Part shown: positions 1-8,995 of the stretch, piece by piece
Layout: every line of letters starts with the position of its first letter
Position numbering within the stretch: the stretch's first letter is position 1
Virus record (IMG/VR): IMGVR_UViG_3300005573_001166
Coordinates: 95,387 to 159,386 of that record
Source of the DNA: a virus
Length of the DNA: 64,000 nt
Direction: 5' to 3' (one strand)
The notes under the pieces: model-generated
What the model was told of the DNA's origin: nothing
The model's input: the letters and a program-made list of their open reading frames with translations, nothing else
Databases searched by the model: none
Program-made: the position numbers and the translations under genes

Positions 1-123
1 TTTCTACCAGCGTTATATGCACTGGTAGAGCTGCGTAAAGTGGAAATATTAAAGGTAAAAAGGCTTCATTTTGGAAGCATGATGATGGAAGGTTTTACTA
101 ATATAATCTGGAGGCCGCTATGA
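1..123 (+). CDS. 3' end of an upstream gene (partial), possibly a methyltransferase of the sugar cluster
   Basis: Frame 1 is open from the window start (FLPALYALVELRKVEILKVKRLHFGSMMMEGFTNIIWRPL*). The stop overlaps the next start (ATGA at 120-123). Function is a weak guess from context. Confidence 0.5.
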   Translation, partial: FLPALYALVELRKVEILKVKRLHFGSMMMEGFTNIIWRPL

Positions 124-893
124 ATCTAGGTTTAAAAGATAAGGTTGCTATAGTAACTGGGGGCAGTCATGGTATAGGTCTAGCTATTGCCCAAGCACTT
201 GCAACAGAAGGCTGTAAAGTGGTAGTATGTTCTAGAGATCCTATCAAACTTAAGGCTGCTTACGAAGCTGCAAGTAAGGCAATTCTTACTATACAAGCAG
301 ACATGACGAAGGATGAGGATATACACAAGTTAGTAGATACTACTATAACTAGTTTTGGAACAGTACATATACTTGTAAACAATGTAGGAGGAGGGGGAAG
401 ATGGGGCAAGGAGGATGTATTAGAGACTCCTTTGCAGGTTTGGCAAGAAGTATACGATAAGAATGTAGGTGCTGCGGTTAAATGTACTTTAGCTGTATTA
501 CCTTATATGGTAAAACAGAAATGGGGTAGGGTAGTAACTGTAACATCTACATTAGGTAAGGAAGGTGGGGGGAGGCCTTGGTTTAATGTAGCTAAGACGG
601 CAGAAACCGCCTTGATGAAAAACTTTGCTTTGAATAAACAATTTGCACGGTGTAATATAACTTTCAACAGTGTTGCCCCTGGCTGTATTATGATTCCTGA
701 TACAGGTTGGGATTTGGAGCAGAAAAGGGATCCGGAGGCATTCAGCAAAATGGTAGATGAGAAATTCCCTTTAGGCAGATTAGGTACTCCGGAAGAGGTT
801 GCATCTGTAGTAGCATTTATATGCTCAGAGCAAGCCAGCTTAGTAAACGGGGCATCTATTTTAGTAGACGGGGGAGAGAGCAGGTGTTTCTAA
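120..893 (+). CDS. Classical short-chain dehydrogenase/reductase (FabG-like fold)
   Basis: TGGSHGIG Rossmann motif, LVNNVG, PLGRLGTPEEVA, VNGASILVDGG. The catalytic YxxxK position reads FNVAK. Confidence 0.9.
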   Translation: MNLGLKDKVAIVTGGSHGIGLAIAQALATEGCKVVVCSRDPIKLKAAYEAASKAILTIQADMTKDEDIHKLVDTTITSFGTVHILVNNVGGGGRWGKEDVLETPLQVWQEVYDKNVGAAVKCTLAVLPYMVKQKWGRVVTVTSTLGKEGGGRPWFNVAKTAETALMKNFALNKQFARCNITFNSVAPGCIMIPDTGWDLEQKRDPEAFSKMVDEKFPLGRLGTPEEVASVVAFICSEQASLVNGASILVDGGESRCF

Positions 894-2181
894 CAGACTG
901 TACTTTGATTATCACAACCTACAACAGACCTAACTATTTAGATTACTACAGTTTATATACTCCTTTGACGTTAATATGCCTATATTAGTTGCAGATGCTA
1001 GTATGTTGGAGATACACAAGCGGAATATTGACTTGCTAAAGAAATACAACGTCAAATATATATATTTGCCTGATGAATTCTTTATGGAGGCTATATCACG
1101 ATCGTTAATGCTAGTTAATAGTAATTTTGTAGCATTTTGCCAGGACGACGATTTTATATTCCCCGATTTTATAGCAAGTGCGGTAGACTTTTTAACAGAC
1201 AATCCTGATTATATAATATGTAATGGAAGGTATGCGATAGGTGGTGAAGGCAGCTAACTTTTACAATCTAACAAAGAAGCTGAGCATGAGGATCCTCTTG
1301 AAAGGTTAACAGATTATATGGGAAGTATGTCCCCTACTTTATTTACTGTGTGACAGACAAAAGGGATTTTAGAGCTACTCCCTTATTTTAATTTGTATCC
1401 TTATTACCACCCACTACAGGAAATAACATGGACTTGTTTTCCTATGTTACTAGGAAAAATGAAGGTAATAGATAGCTTAAGTAGCATACATGTTATACAC
1501 GGCACCAACCTTGCACAGAGGAACCCAAATATGCCGTATTTAGGTAGTTGGGTAGCTAGTGATAAGCTTACAACGGAAATATTATTAACAACAAATGCAA
1601 TAAACAACTTACTACGTACAAACATTCCTCTATATGAGATAAAAAGCGCTTTTATACTGGGACTTTTACGATATTTCTCTAGTTTCGCTTTTATATTCAA
1701 ACCAGTTCTCCCGCCCCCTTTAATCAGGTACGGCGAATCTATACCAAGGTATGCTCCTTTTGTAAAAGAGTTTATTAAAAGTTTATGTCCTATAGAAAGG
1801 ACAGATAGTTTTGACTCAGGAATTTATTTCAGTACAGCTTTCATTACGTCAACAGGGGTAGAGCCTAACCAAGAGTATGTCTCTCAGAGGGCTAAACAGA
1901 TAGAATCGAGTAAGGAAAGGTTAAAGTGTCGGCAAGAGGTATTTGATGGCAACCTTTCAGAAAAGCTATATACTTTCAAGTATATAGAAGCTGAAAGTAA
2001 GGGATTTACGGATACAACTCTTTTAGAATTATTGTTTGCACAAGAGTTCTTTCACAGTATAGAGGGGTGCTATATACCGGATTTCGAACCTGCTGCACTG
2101 TTGTATAAAAGAGCAAATTTACCCCACCCTCAACTTTCACATGCTTTATCGTTAATATCCAGGTATTCAAAAGCTATTTAA
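884..2181 (+). pseudogene. Disrupted GT2 glycosyltransferase, paralog of 2199..3512
   Basis: GTG at 884 gives MFLTDCTLIITTYNRPNYL, then a frameshift near 940. In-frame TAA (1255-1257) and TGA (1351-1353, opposite Trp in the paralog) follow. ORFs 976..1257 and 1393..2181 share a frame and align colinearly with 2199..3512. Confidence 0.85.
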
Positions 2182-2198
2182 ACTTTGGAGGCGAAGAG

Positions 2199-3512
2199 AT
2201 GTCTTTAAAAGACTGTACCTTAGTAATACTAACATACAATAGGCCTAACTTTCTAAACAGGCTACTGCAGTTTTTACACTCATACGGTATAGATATTCCC
2301 ATACTTGTTGCAGATGCTAGTAATCAGAAGATACACCGTCGAAATATAGAGTTACTGCAAAAATACCCCAACACTGACTGTATCTATATACCAGATAGGC
2401 AACCTATAGATTCTACCGTTTTAGCTGCATCTGTATGTAGCAGTTCTTATATAGCGTTTTGCCATGACGACGATTTTACATTTCCAGATTTTCTAACAGA
2501 GGCAATAGATTTTCTAAAAAGAAACCCTGATTATGTTTTATGTACTGGGCGGTACGGTATATACGATGGAGAGATGACGATACAATCTAACACAAGCTGC
2601 GAGTTAGACGATCCTTTAGAGAGATTGTCTTTTTACCTTTCTAATATGTCTCTTACCCTATTCTCTGTATGGCGCAAGGAAGCAGTTTTAAAACTATCAG
2701 CATACAGTGCATTATATCCTTATTTTCACTATATGCAAGAGATAGTATATACTAGTTTTTGTGTGCTGTTAGGAAAAATAAAGGTATTAGATAAACTTTC
2801 TGTAGTTAGGGTACACCATAGTACCAACCTAGGAAAGAAGGTTCCGGGTTCTTATTGTATAGGAAATGAGATAGTCAACGGCTTCGATGCAGATACAGCA
2901 CTAGCGGTAAAAGCAATAAAGGAGATTCTACCTAATAAGTCTGAGCAGGAGATACGTACTGCATTTATCAGCGGGCTTCTGAAACATTTCTCCAGTTTTG
3001 CTTTTCTACATCTACCTCACTTCCGAAGTAAATTATCAGATTACAATGTTGTTGATATAGATAGCTACTCCCCTCTTATACAAGAGTTTGTATCTGAGAT
3101 ATGCCCCGTATCTAAAACTACCCCCTTTAGCATGGGGGAGTATTTTGAGAAAGTATTTAAAGCTAAATCAGAAGTACAGATTAACTATCAGCCTTATTTG
3201 CTTGAAAGAGAAAGGCAGATGGAATTAAACAAACCTCGACTTGAATATTGGAAGCAAGCCTTCCTTAGTGACCTGCATAAAAGGTTACACAACTTCAAAT
3301 TTATAGAAGTAGAGGAGAAGGGGTTTACAGACACTGAGTTAATAGACCTTTTATTTTTGAGAGAATTTTTTTGTAGTATAGAAGGTTGTTATATACCAGA
3401 GTTTGAACCTGCCTGCATAATATGTAAGAAGATAGGACTTGAGAGTTCAGAAGTAAGGGAGACTTTAGAGTGTTTGAAGTCTTTAGTTGACCGATATCCT
3501 ATAGGAGTTTAA
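2199..3512 (+). CDS. GT2-family glycosyltransferase (TIGR00180-like)
   Basis: VILTYNRP, ILVADAS, FCHDDDF (DxD) and DPLERL motifs. Confidence 0.8.
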   Translation: MSLKDCTLVILTYNRPNFLNRLLQFLHSYGIDIPILVADASNQKIHRRNIELLQKYPNTDCIYIPDRQPIDSTVLAASVCSSSYIAFCHDDDFTFPDFLTEAIDFLKRNPDYVLCTGRYGIYDGEMTIQSNTSCELDDPLERLSFYLSNMSLTLFSVWRKEAVLKLSAYSALYPYFHYMQEIVYTSFCVLLGKIKVLDKLSVVRVHHSTNLGKKVPGSYCIGNEIVNGFDADTALAVKAIKEILPNKSEQEIRTAFISGLLKHFSSFAFLHLPHFRSKLSDYNVVDIDSYSPLIQEFVSEICPVSKTTPFSMGEYFEKVFKAKSEVQINYQPYLLERERQMELNKPRLEYWKQAFLSDLHKRLHNFKFIEVEEKGFTDTELIDLLFLREFFCSIEGCYIPEFEPACIICKKIGLESSEVRETLECLKSLVDRYPIGV

Positions 3513-3516
3513 AAAC

Positions 3517-4245
3517 ATGATATCTATCGTTTCTTCCACAGCTAGACCGTTACTATGGTTAGATTTTTACAAGCATCTAGGTACGAATAAAGTAGATTTT
3601 GAGGTGATTTTTGTAGGCCCCAATGAGCCGGATTTCCAACTACCTTCAAATATGCGTTTTATAAAATCACCTGTAAAACCGGCTCAGTGTGTCGAAATAG
3701 GTACTAGAGCTGCAAATGGAGACTATTTACTGGTAACAGCAGACGATCTATTTTTCCAAGATCCTCATCCCTTAGATACCTTATTAGAGGACTTCCTAAG
3801 CTATGAAAATGATAAATTGATGCTTTCTTCTGGATATGCTTGGTACTCACCGACAGCACCGGAAGGTTATGTTAAACTGGGACCAGACTTTCACAAAAGT
3901 CCTGAAATAGATGGTAAGCATTATATACTCCCTGTAGGGTTTACGATAAGAAGGGATTACTATAGATATCTGGGAGGTGTAGATAGAAGGTTTATTGCTT
4001 TATATTGGGATTTAGATTTATGCTATAGAGTAATAAGGGACGGAGGTATTACAGCCTTAAGTAGAGTTACGGCAGTAGAAGTTGTAGTTGCGGGTGTTCT
4101 ATGCTTGGAGTATCAGGGTATAGATATGAATCAAACACTTCACGGTTTATGGGGGGATGACTTTATAAGAAAATCTCCGGTAGAGCCTTTTGATGATTAT
4201 AACATATTAACAGAGTCTCAAGGGCCGAAAGGAAGATGGGTATGA
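3517..4245 (+). CDS. GT-A fold (GT2-like) glycosyltransferase, copy 1
   Basis: ISIVSST.RP, FEVIFVGP, ANGDYLLVTADD, GGVDRRF...WDLDLCYR. Confidence 0.75.
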   Translation: MISIVSSTARPLLWLDFYKHLGTNKVDFEVIFVGPNEPDFQLPSNMRFIKSPVKPAQCVEIGTRAANGDYLLVTADDLFFQDPHPLDTLLEDFLSYENDKLMLSSGYAWYSPTAPEGYVKLGPDFHKSPEIDGKHYILPVGFTIRRDYYRYLGGVDRRFIALYWDLDLCYRVIRDGGITALSRVTAVEVVVAGVLCLEYQGIDMNQTLHGLWGDDFIRKSPVEPFDDYNILTESQGPKGRWV

Positions 4246-5225
4246 AGAAGATAGCCGAATTCTTTAAAGGTAAAAACATTCTTATAACAGGGGGTACAGG
4301 TATGATAGGTAGGGCGATTATAAGACAACTATATCAAATCCCCTGTACCCTTGTAAGTGTTTCACTGGACGATATAACCCTTCCTGGAGTAACTTGTATA
4401 AAAGGGGATTTGGCAGACTTTAACTTCTGTAAGGAGATAACAAAAGGAATAGATTATTGCTTTCACGTTGCCGGTATAAAAGGATCGGCTAGTGTAACAA
4501 CTACCAAACCTGCCAGTTTTTTTGTCCCTCTGCTCCAGATGAATACTAATATTCTAGAAGCTTGTAGACTTAACAACGTAGAAAAAATAGTATATACTAG
4601 TTCCATAGGAGCTTATAGTAGCAAAGATGTATTTAAAGAGACAACCGACATCGAGACGGATCTACCCATGGACGTGTATCCTGGATTTGCTAAGAGAATG
4701 GCAGAGTTACAGATAAGAGCGTATAACATACAATACAAGCTGTCCAACTTTGCAATAGTTCGTTTATGTAGTGTATATGGGCCGGGAGATAGTTTTGACC
4801 CTAACTCGGCAATGGTGATACCTGCCCTCATATATAGAGTATACCACAAGGTAGAAGATCCTGTTGTTATATGGGGAGACGGATCTGCTATAAGGGATTT
4901 CGCTTACTGCGATGATATAGCGGTTGGTATAATAAAAGCATTGCATTTTGGAACTAAGTCGAGATATTACAACTTGGGTTCGGGCAAAGGGGTTAGTATT
5001 AAACAATTAGTAGAAACTTTGAGGAAGATAGTTGATTTTAATTATGTTTTTGACACTTCCGTACAGGTGGGTTATTCTAAAAGGGTTATGGACATCACAT
5101 TAGCTAGAAAGTATTTAGACTACAAACCTACTACATCTCTGGAAGCGGGTTTAAAGAAAACATATGATTGGTTTTCTCTCAATGCTAAAGCTTATAAACT
5201 AAAAAAGAACTATTTCCAAGAGTAG
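4236..5225 (+). CDS. NAD-dependent epimerase/reductase, GDP-L-fucose synthase (Fcl)-like extended SDR
   Basis: TGGTGMIG, VYGPGDSF, VIPALI, WGDGSAIRDFAY, YNLGSG. Likely start is ATG 4242. Confidence 0.85.
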   Translation: MGMKKIAEFFKGKNILITGGTGMIGRAIIRQLYQIPCTLVSVSLDDITLPGVTCIKGDLADFNFCKEITKGIDYCFHVAGIKGSASVTTTKPASFFVPLLQMNTNILEACRLNNVEKIVYTSSIGAYSSKDVFKETTDIETDLPMDVYPGFAKRMAELQIRAYNIQYKLSNFAIVRLCSVYGPGDSFDPNSAMVIPALIYRVYHKVEDPVVIWGDGSAIRDFAYCDDIAVGIIKALHFGTKSRYYNLGSGKGVSIKQLVETLRKIVDFNYVFDTSVQVGYSKRVMDITLARKYLDYKPTTSLEAGLKKTYDWFSLNAKAYKLKKNYFQE

Positions 5226-5238
5226 CAAAGAAACTTAC

Positions 5239-5262
5239 TAATACATCTATTTAGATGTATTA
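5239..5262. promoter_or_regulatory. 24-bp palindrome (operator or terminator hairpin)
   Basis: TAATACATCTA-TT-TAGATGTATTA, 14 bp after the stop of 4236..5225. Confidence 0.45.
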
Positions 5263-5446
5263 CGAACCTGTTTTTTAAAGTCTTTTGACTACCGACTTTG
5301 TAACCGAGTACGTTTTACTCTCAAACTGATTCAAAACCACGGTTGTTCTAAAAAGCAGGTTGAAAAATAATTTTTAGCACTGACAAGCTCTATACGAATT
5401 ATAAAAACCGAACTGCTCCGATATCCTACAGGAGTTTAAAAAAAAC

Positions 5447-6175
5447 ATGATATCTATCGTTTCTTCCACAGTTAGACCGTCACTATGGTTAGATTTTTAC
5501 AAACATTTAGGCACGAATAAAGTAGATTTTGAGGTGATTTTTGTAGGCCCCAATGAGCCGGATTTCCAATTACCTTCAAATATGTATTTTATAAAATCAC
5601 CTGTAAAACCGGTTCAGTGTGTCGAGATAGGTACTAGAGCTGCAAATGGAGACTATCTACTGGTAACAGCAGACGATCTATTTTTCCAAGATCCTCATCC
5701 TCTAGATACCTTATTAGAGGACTTCCTAAGCTATGAAAATGATAAATTGATGCTTTCTTGTAGGTACGCTAGGTACTCACCAACAGGGACGGGAGCTATT
5801 GAGAAACTGGGACCAGACTTTCACAAAAGTCCTGAAATAGATGGTAAGTATTATATACTCCCTATAGGGTTTATGATAAGAAGGGATTACTATAGATATC
5901 TGGGAGGTGTAGATAGAAGGTTTATTGCTTTATATTGGGAGTTAGATTTATGTTATAGAGTAATAAAGGATGGAGGTATTACAGCCTTAAGTAGAGTTAC
6001 TGCATTAGAAGTTGTAACGGTGAGCGTTCTATGCAGAGAGTATCAGGGTATAGATAGGGATCAAACACTTCACGGTTTATGGGGGGATGACTTTATAAGA
6101 AAATCTCCGGTAGAGCCTTTTGATGATTATAACATATTAACAGAGTCTCAAGGGCCGAAAGGAAGATGGGTTTAG
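5447..6175 (+). CDS. GT-A fold (GT2-like) glycosyltransferase, copy 2
   Basis: Same length (242 aa) and near-identical sequence to 3517..4245. Confidence 0.75.
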   Translation: MISIVSSTVRPSLWLDFYKHLGTNKVDFEVIFVGPNEPDFQLPSNMYFIKSPVKPVQCVEIGTRAANGDYLLVTADDLFFQDPHPLDTLLEDFLSYENDKLMLSCRYARYSPTGTGAIEKLGPDFHKSPEIDGKYYILPIGFMIRRDYYRYLGGVDRRFIALYWELDLCYRVIKDGGITALSRVTALEVVTVSVLCREYQGIDRDQTLHGLWGDDFIRKSPVEPFDDYNILTESQGPKGRWV

Positions 6176-6199
6176 ATTTAATAGTTAGGAGGTAATATA

Positions 6200-7312
6200 A
6201 TGCTAGTAAACATAGACAGAGACGGAGTTATAAATCATAATAATAGGTCTATCTCAGGAGGACCTTATTATGTACTCAGTCTCAAACAGTTTGAGTGGAT
6301 ACCTGGAAGTAAAGAAGCTATAGTAAGGCTGCAAAAAGCAGGTTTTACTATACACATAGTAACTAGTCAAAAATGTATAACTAAAAACTTAACTACTATT
6401 GAGGATATTGATAAAATACACGATTACATGATGCAAAGTATTATAGAAGAGGGGGGTAAAGACATAGATGTATCTGTGGTAGTCTCCGAGGATGTTGCTA
6501 CTTCAAAAGCAGAAGCTATTATGGATCACCCGGAATACAAGGCAGGGGATATTTGTTGGATGATAGGAGATTCCAAGGAAGATATAATAGCAGGTAAGTT
6601 GGCAGGATGCCGGACTATATTTATAGTCCCAGAGAACGTACCTGATTCTGAGAGGCATTTAAACCTTGCAGATTACTATGCAGACAGTTTGTTAGCTGCT
6701 ACTTCTATAGTGTTAAAAGAAAGTACTCCTACTGAAAACATCGATATTCAAGACCTCATATGCAAGGCTTGTCTGGAACATATAGGGGTAATTAACCTTA
6801 TACTAGATGGAGGTACATCCGATATAGTGAAACTGTGCTGTTTAGCTGCATCTGTAATAAAAGCAGGAGGTAAGATAATACTGTTCGGTAATGGGGGGTC
6901 TGCAGCAGATGCACAACATATAGCAGCAGAGTTTGTAAACGTATTAGAAAAACACAATAAAAGACCTGCGCTTAATGCAATTGCCCTTACTACCAACACC
7001 TCTATTATTACTTCTATAGCTAACGACTTTAGTTACAATGATATCTTTAGTAGGCAAATAGAGGCTATAGGCGTAAAAGGAGATTTAGCTATAGGTATAA
7101 GTACTAGCGGAACATCTGAAAACGTGATTAGGGGGTTATTAAAAGCCAAGGAGATGGGTTTGTATACTACCATTTTAACAGGCGATAGTAAAACAGTAAG
7201 CACGGACTTAGCAGTATGTGTTTCTTCTAAAAATACTCCTAGAATACAAGAAGCGCATGTTTTAATAGGCCATATTCTTTGTTCTGTTATAGAAAAGATG
7301 GGGGTGTGTTGA
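6200..7312 (+). CDS. gmhA: Fusion of GmhB-like heptose-bisphosphate phosphatase (HAD) and GmhA sedoheptulose-7-phosphate isomerase (SIS)
   Basis: N-terminal DRDGVIN and MIGDSKEDIIAG. C-terminal GNGGSAADAQHIAAEF, ANDFSY..IFSRQI, GISTSGTSENV, TPRIQEAH. Confidence 0.92.
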   Translation: MLVNIDRDGVINHNNRSISGGPYYVLSLKQFEWIPGSKEAIVRLQKAGFTIHIVTSQKCITKNLTTIEDIDKIHDYMMQSIIEEGGKDIDVSVVVSEDVATSKAEAIMDHPEYKAGDICWMIGDSKEDIIAGKLAGCRTIFIVPENVPDSERHLNLADYYADSLLAATSIVLKESTPTENIDIQDLICKACLEHIGVINLILDGGTSDIVKLCCLAASVIKAGGKIILFGNGGSAADAQHIAAEFVNVLEKHNKRPALNAIALTTNTSIITSIANDFSYNDIFSRQIEAIGVKGDLAIGISTSGTSENVIRGLLKAKEMGLYTTILTGDSKTVSTDLAVCVSSKNTPRIQEAHVLIGHILCSVIEKMGVC

Positions 7313-8253
7313 TGTTTAAAGATAAACGTATTTTGGTAACCGGTGGAAGGACTGGTTTTCTGGGTGTTAATTTTACAAGGGAATTGCTTAAGAGGGGGGC
7401 CTTTGTATACGCTACTTCGCTTTCGTCAAAGAAAAATAGTTTACTAGAACCTTGTCCAAACTTAGTAGAGTATATATCTGACTTGAGATACGATAAAATA
7501 CCTGAAGGTATAGATTACATTATTCATTGTGCTGCTCATACTGCAGGTGCCAAAGAGATTGTAGGCAATCCTGCTATTCAAGTGACTCCCAACATTCAAA
7601 TGAATGCCAACTTACTTCATAATGCTGCAGAAAGCGGAGTAGAGAAATTTGTATTTATAAGCAGCACTGCCATCTACCCCGAGACAGATAAGCCTGTAGT
7701 AGAGAGCATGGGATTTGAAAGAGATCCTGCTAACGTATATTTTGGAGTAGGTTGGATGAAGAGATGCACAGAAAAGTTAGCGGAGTTCTTTTACAGGCAT
7801 TACGGCATGCAAGTTCTTATTATTAGACCTTCTAACGTCTACGGTCCTTACTGTAGTTTCGATTTAGATAGGTCGCATGTTATACCTGCATTAATTAAAA
7901 AGTTTATGGAGCAGAATTCTGTAACTGTTTGGGGATTACCTACTGTAGGAAGGGATTTCATATATGTAGATGACTTAGTTACAGGTACTTTACTTGCCTT
8001 AGAGGAGCTTTCAGGATTTGAGGTATACAACCTAGCTTCAGGCAAGATATGTACTATACAGGAACTGGTAGATTTACTTGTAAAACTAACAGGTTTTAAG
8101 GGACAGATAACATACGATGACTCTAAACCTATGACTATTTTCAAGAGAGAAATAAATACAGATAAAGTATACCTTAGATTGGGCTTTAAAGCTGATACTC
8201 CCTTAGAAGAGGGACTAAAACGTACTATAGCTTGGTACAAGGAGCAACTATGA
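7312..8253 (+). CDS. NAD-dependent epimerase/reductase, Fcl-like extended SDR
   Basis: VTGGRTGFLG, RPSNVYGP, SHVIPALI, RDFIYVDD. ATG 7312 overlaps the gmh stop (the ORF track starts at 7279). Confidence 0.85.
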   Translation: MFKDKRILVTGGRTGFLGVNFTRELLKRGAFVYATSLSSKKNSLLEPCPNLVEYISDLRYDKIPEGIDYIIHCAAHTAGAKEIVGNPAIQVTPNIQMNANLLHNAAESGVEKFVFISSTAIYPETDKPVVESMGFERDPANVYFGVGWMKRCTEKLAEFFYRHYGMQVLIIRPSNVYGPYCSFDLDRSHVIPALIKKFMEQNSVTVWGLPTVGRDFIYVDDLVTGTLLALEELSGFEVYNLASGKICTIQELVDLLVKLTGFKGQITYDDSKPMTIFKREINTDKVYLRLGFKADTPLEEGLKRTIAWYKEQL

Positions 8254-8762
8254 AGATACATAAAACGCCTTTAGCCAAGGTCCTTTTAATAGAGCCTCCT
8301 ACCATTTTCGAAGATTTCAGGGGTACTTATGTAGAATTATACAACGAGTTTCTTTATCAAGAATTGGGTGTAAAGTTTATACAAGATGATATCTCTACTT
8401 CATACAAAAACGTACTTAGGGGGATACATGGAGATGCTACTACCTACAAATTAGTGTCCTGTTTATTGGGGAGCTTTTATTTGGTGGTCGTAAACAACGA
8501 TCCAGAATCTCCTGAGTATAGAAAATGGACCTCTTTTACCCTTAGCGACCACAATCATTTACAGGTATTTATACCTCCTAAGTTCGGGAACGGTCATTTA
8601 GTTCTGACGGAAAAAGCTATCTTTCATTATAAGCAATCTACTTACTATGACAGAAGTTCCCAATTTACAATAGCTTGGAATGATCCTAGTTTAAATATTT
8701 ATTGGCCTACAACTGCACCTATACTCTCTGTTAGAGATAGTTGCGTAAAGATGGAGACATAA
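8250..8762 (+). CDS. rmlC: RmlC-type NDP-4-keto-sugar 3,5-epimerase (cupin)
   Basis: FEDFRG, FIQDDIS.S.KNVLRGIH, IPPKFGNGH, IAWNDPSLNI.WP...LS.RD. Confidence 0.9.
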   Translation: MKIHKTPLAKVLLIEPPTIFEDFRGTYVELYNEFLYQELGVKFIQDDISTSYKNVLRGIHGDATTYKLVSCLLGSFYLVVVNNDPESPEYRKWTSFTLSDHNHLQVFIPPKFGNGHLVLTEKAIFHYKQSTYYDRSSQFTIAWNDPSLNIYWPTTAPILSVRDSCVKMET

Positions 8763-8765
8763 AAA

Positions 8766-8990
8766 ATGCCGGAGCTTAATACAAACGGTTGGGGGGAGTG
8801 GGGGAAGCATGTACTACTGGAACTTGATCGTTTGGATGGACAAACACAAGAGATTCTGAAAATGTATAGGGAGATACTAATAGAAGTAACTACTCTAAAG
8901 GTAAAAGTTACACTGTTTAGTGTGGTTGCTTCTATAGTAGTTACTTCTATTATATCTGCTTTAATAGGGTACTTCTTAAAAAGGGGATGA
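8766..8990 (+). CDS. Small coiled-coil protein with a C-terminal transmembrane helix (holin/XhlA-like architecture)
   Basis: 74 aa; hydrophobic VTLFSVVASIVVTSIISALIGYFL followed by KRG. Confidence 0.55.
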   Translation: MPELNTNGWGEWGKHVLLELDRLDGQTQEILKMYREILIEVTTLKVKVTLFSVVASIVVTSIISALIGYFLKRG

Positions 8991-8995
8991 GTTAG

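Larger units (their letters stand above)
3491..6171 (+). repeat. Direct duplication of about 750 bp (3491-4241 and 5418-6171) flanking the epimerase gene
   Basis: Both copies start CCGATATCCTAyAGGAGTTTAAAAA and end GGGCCGAAAGGAAGATGGGT. Confidence 0.9.
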
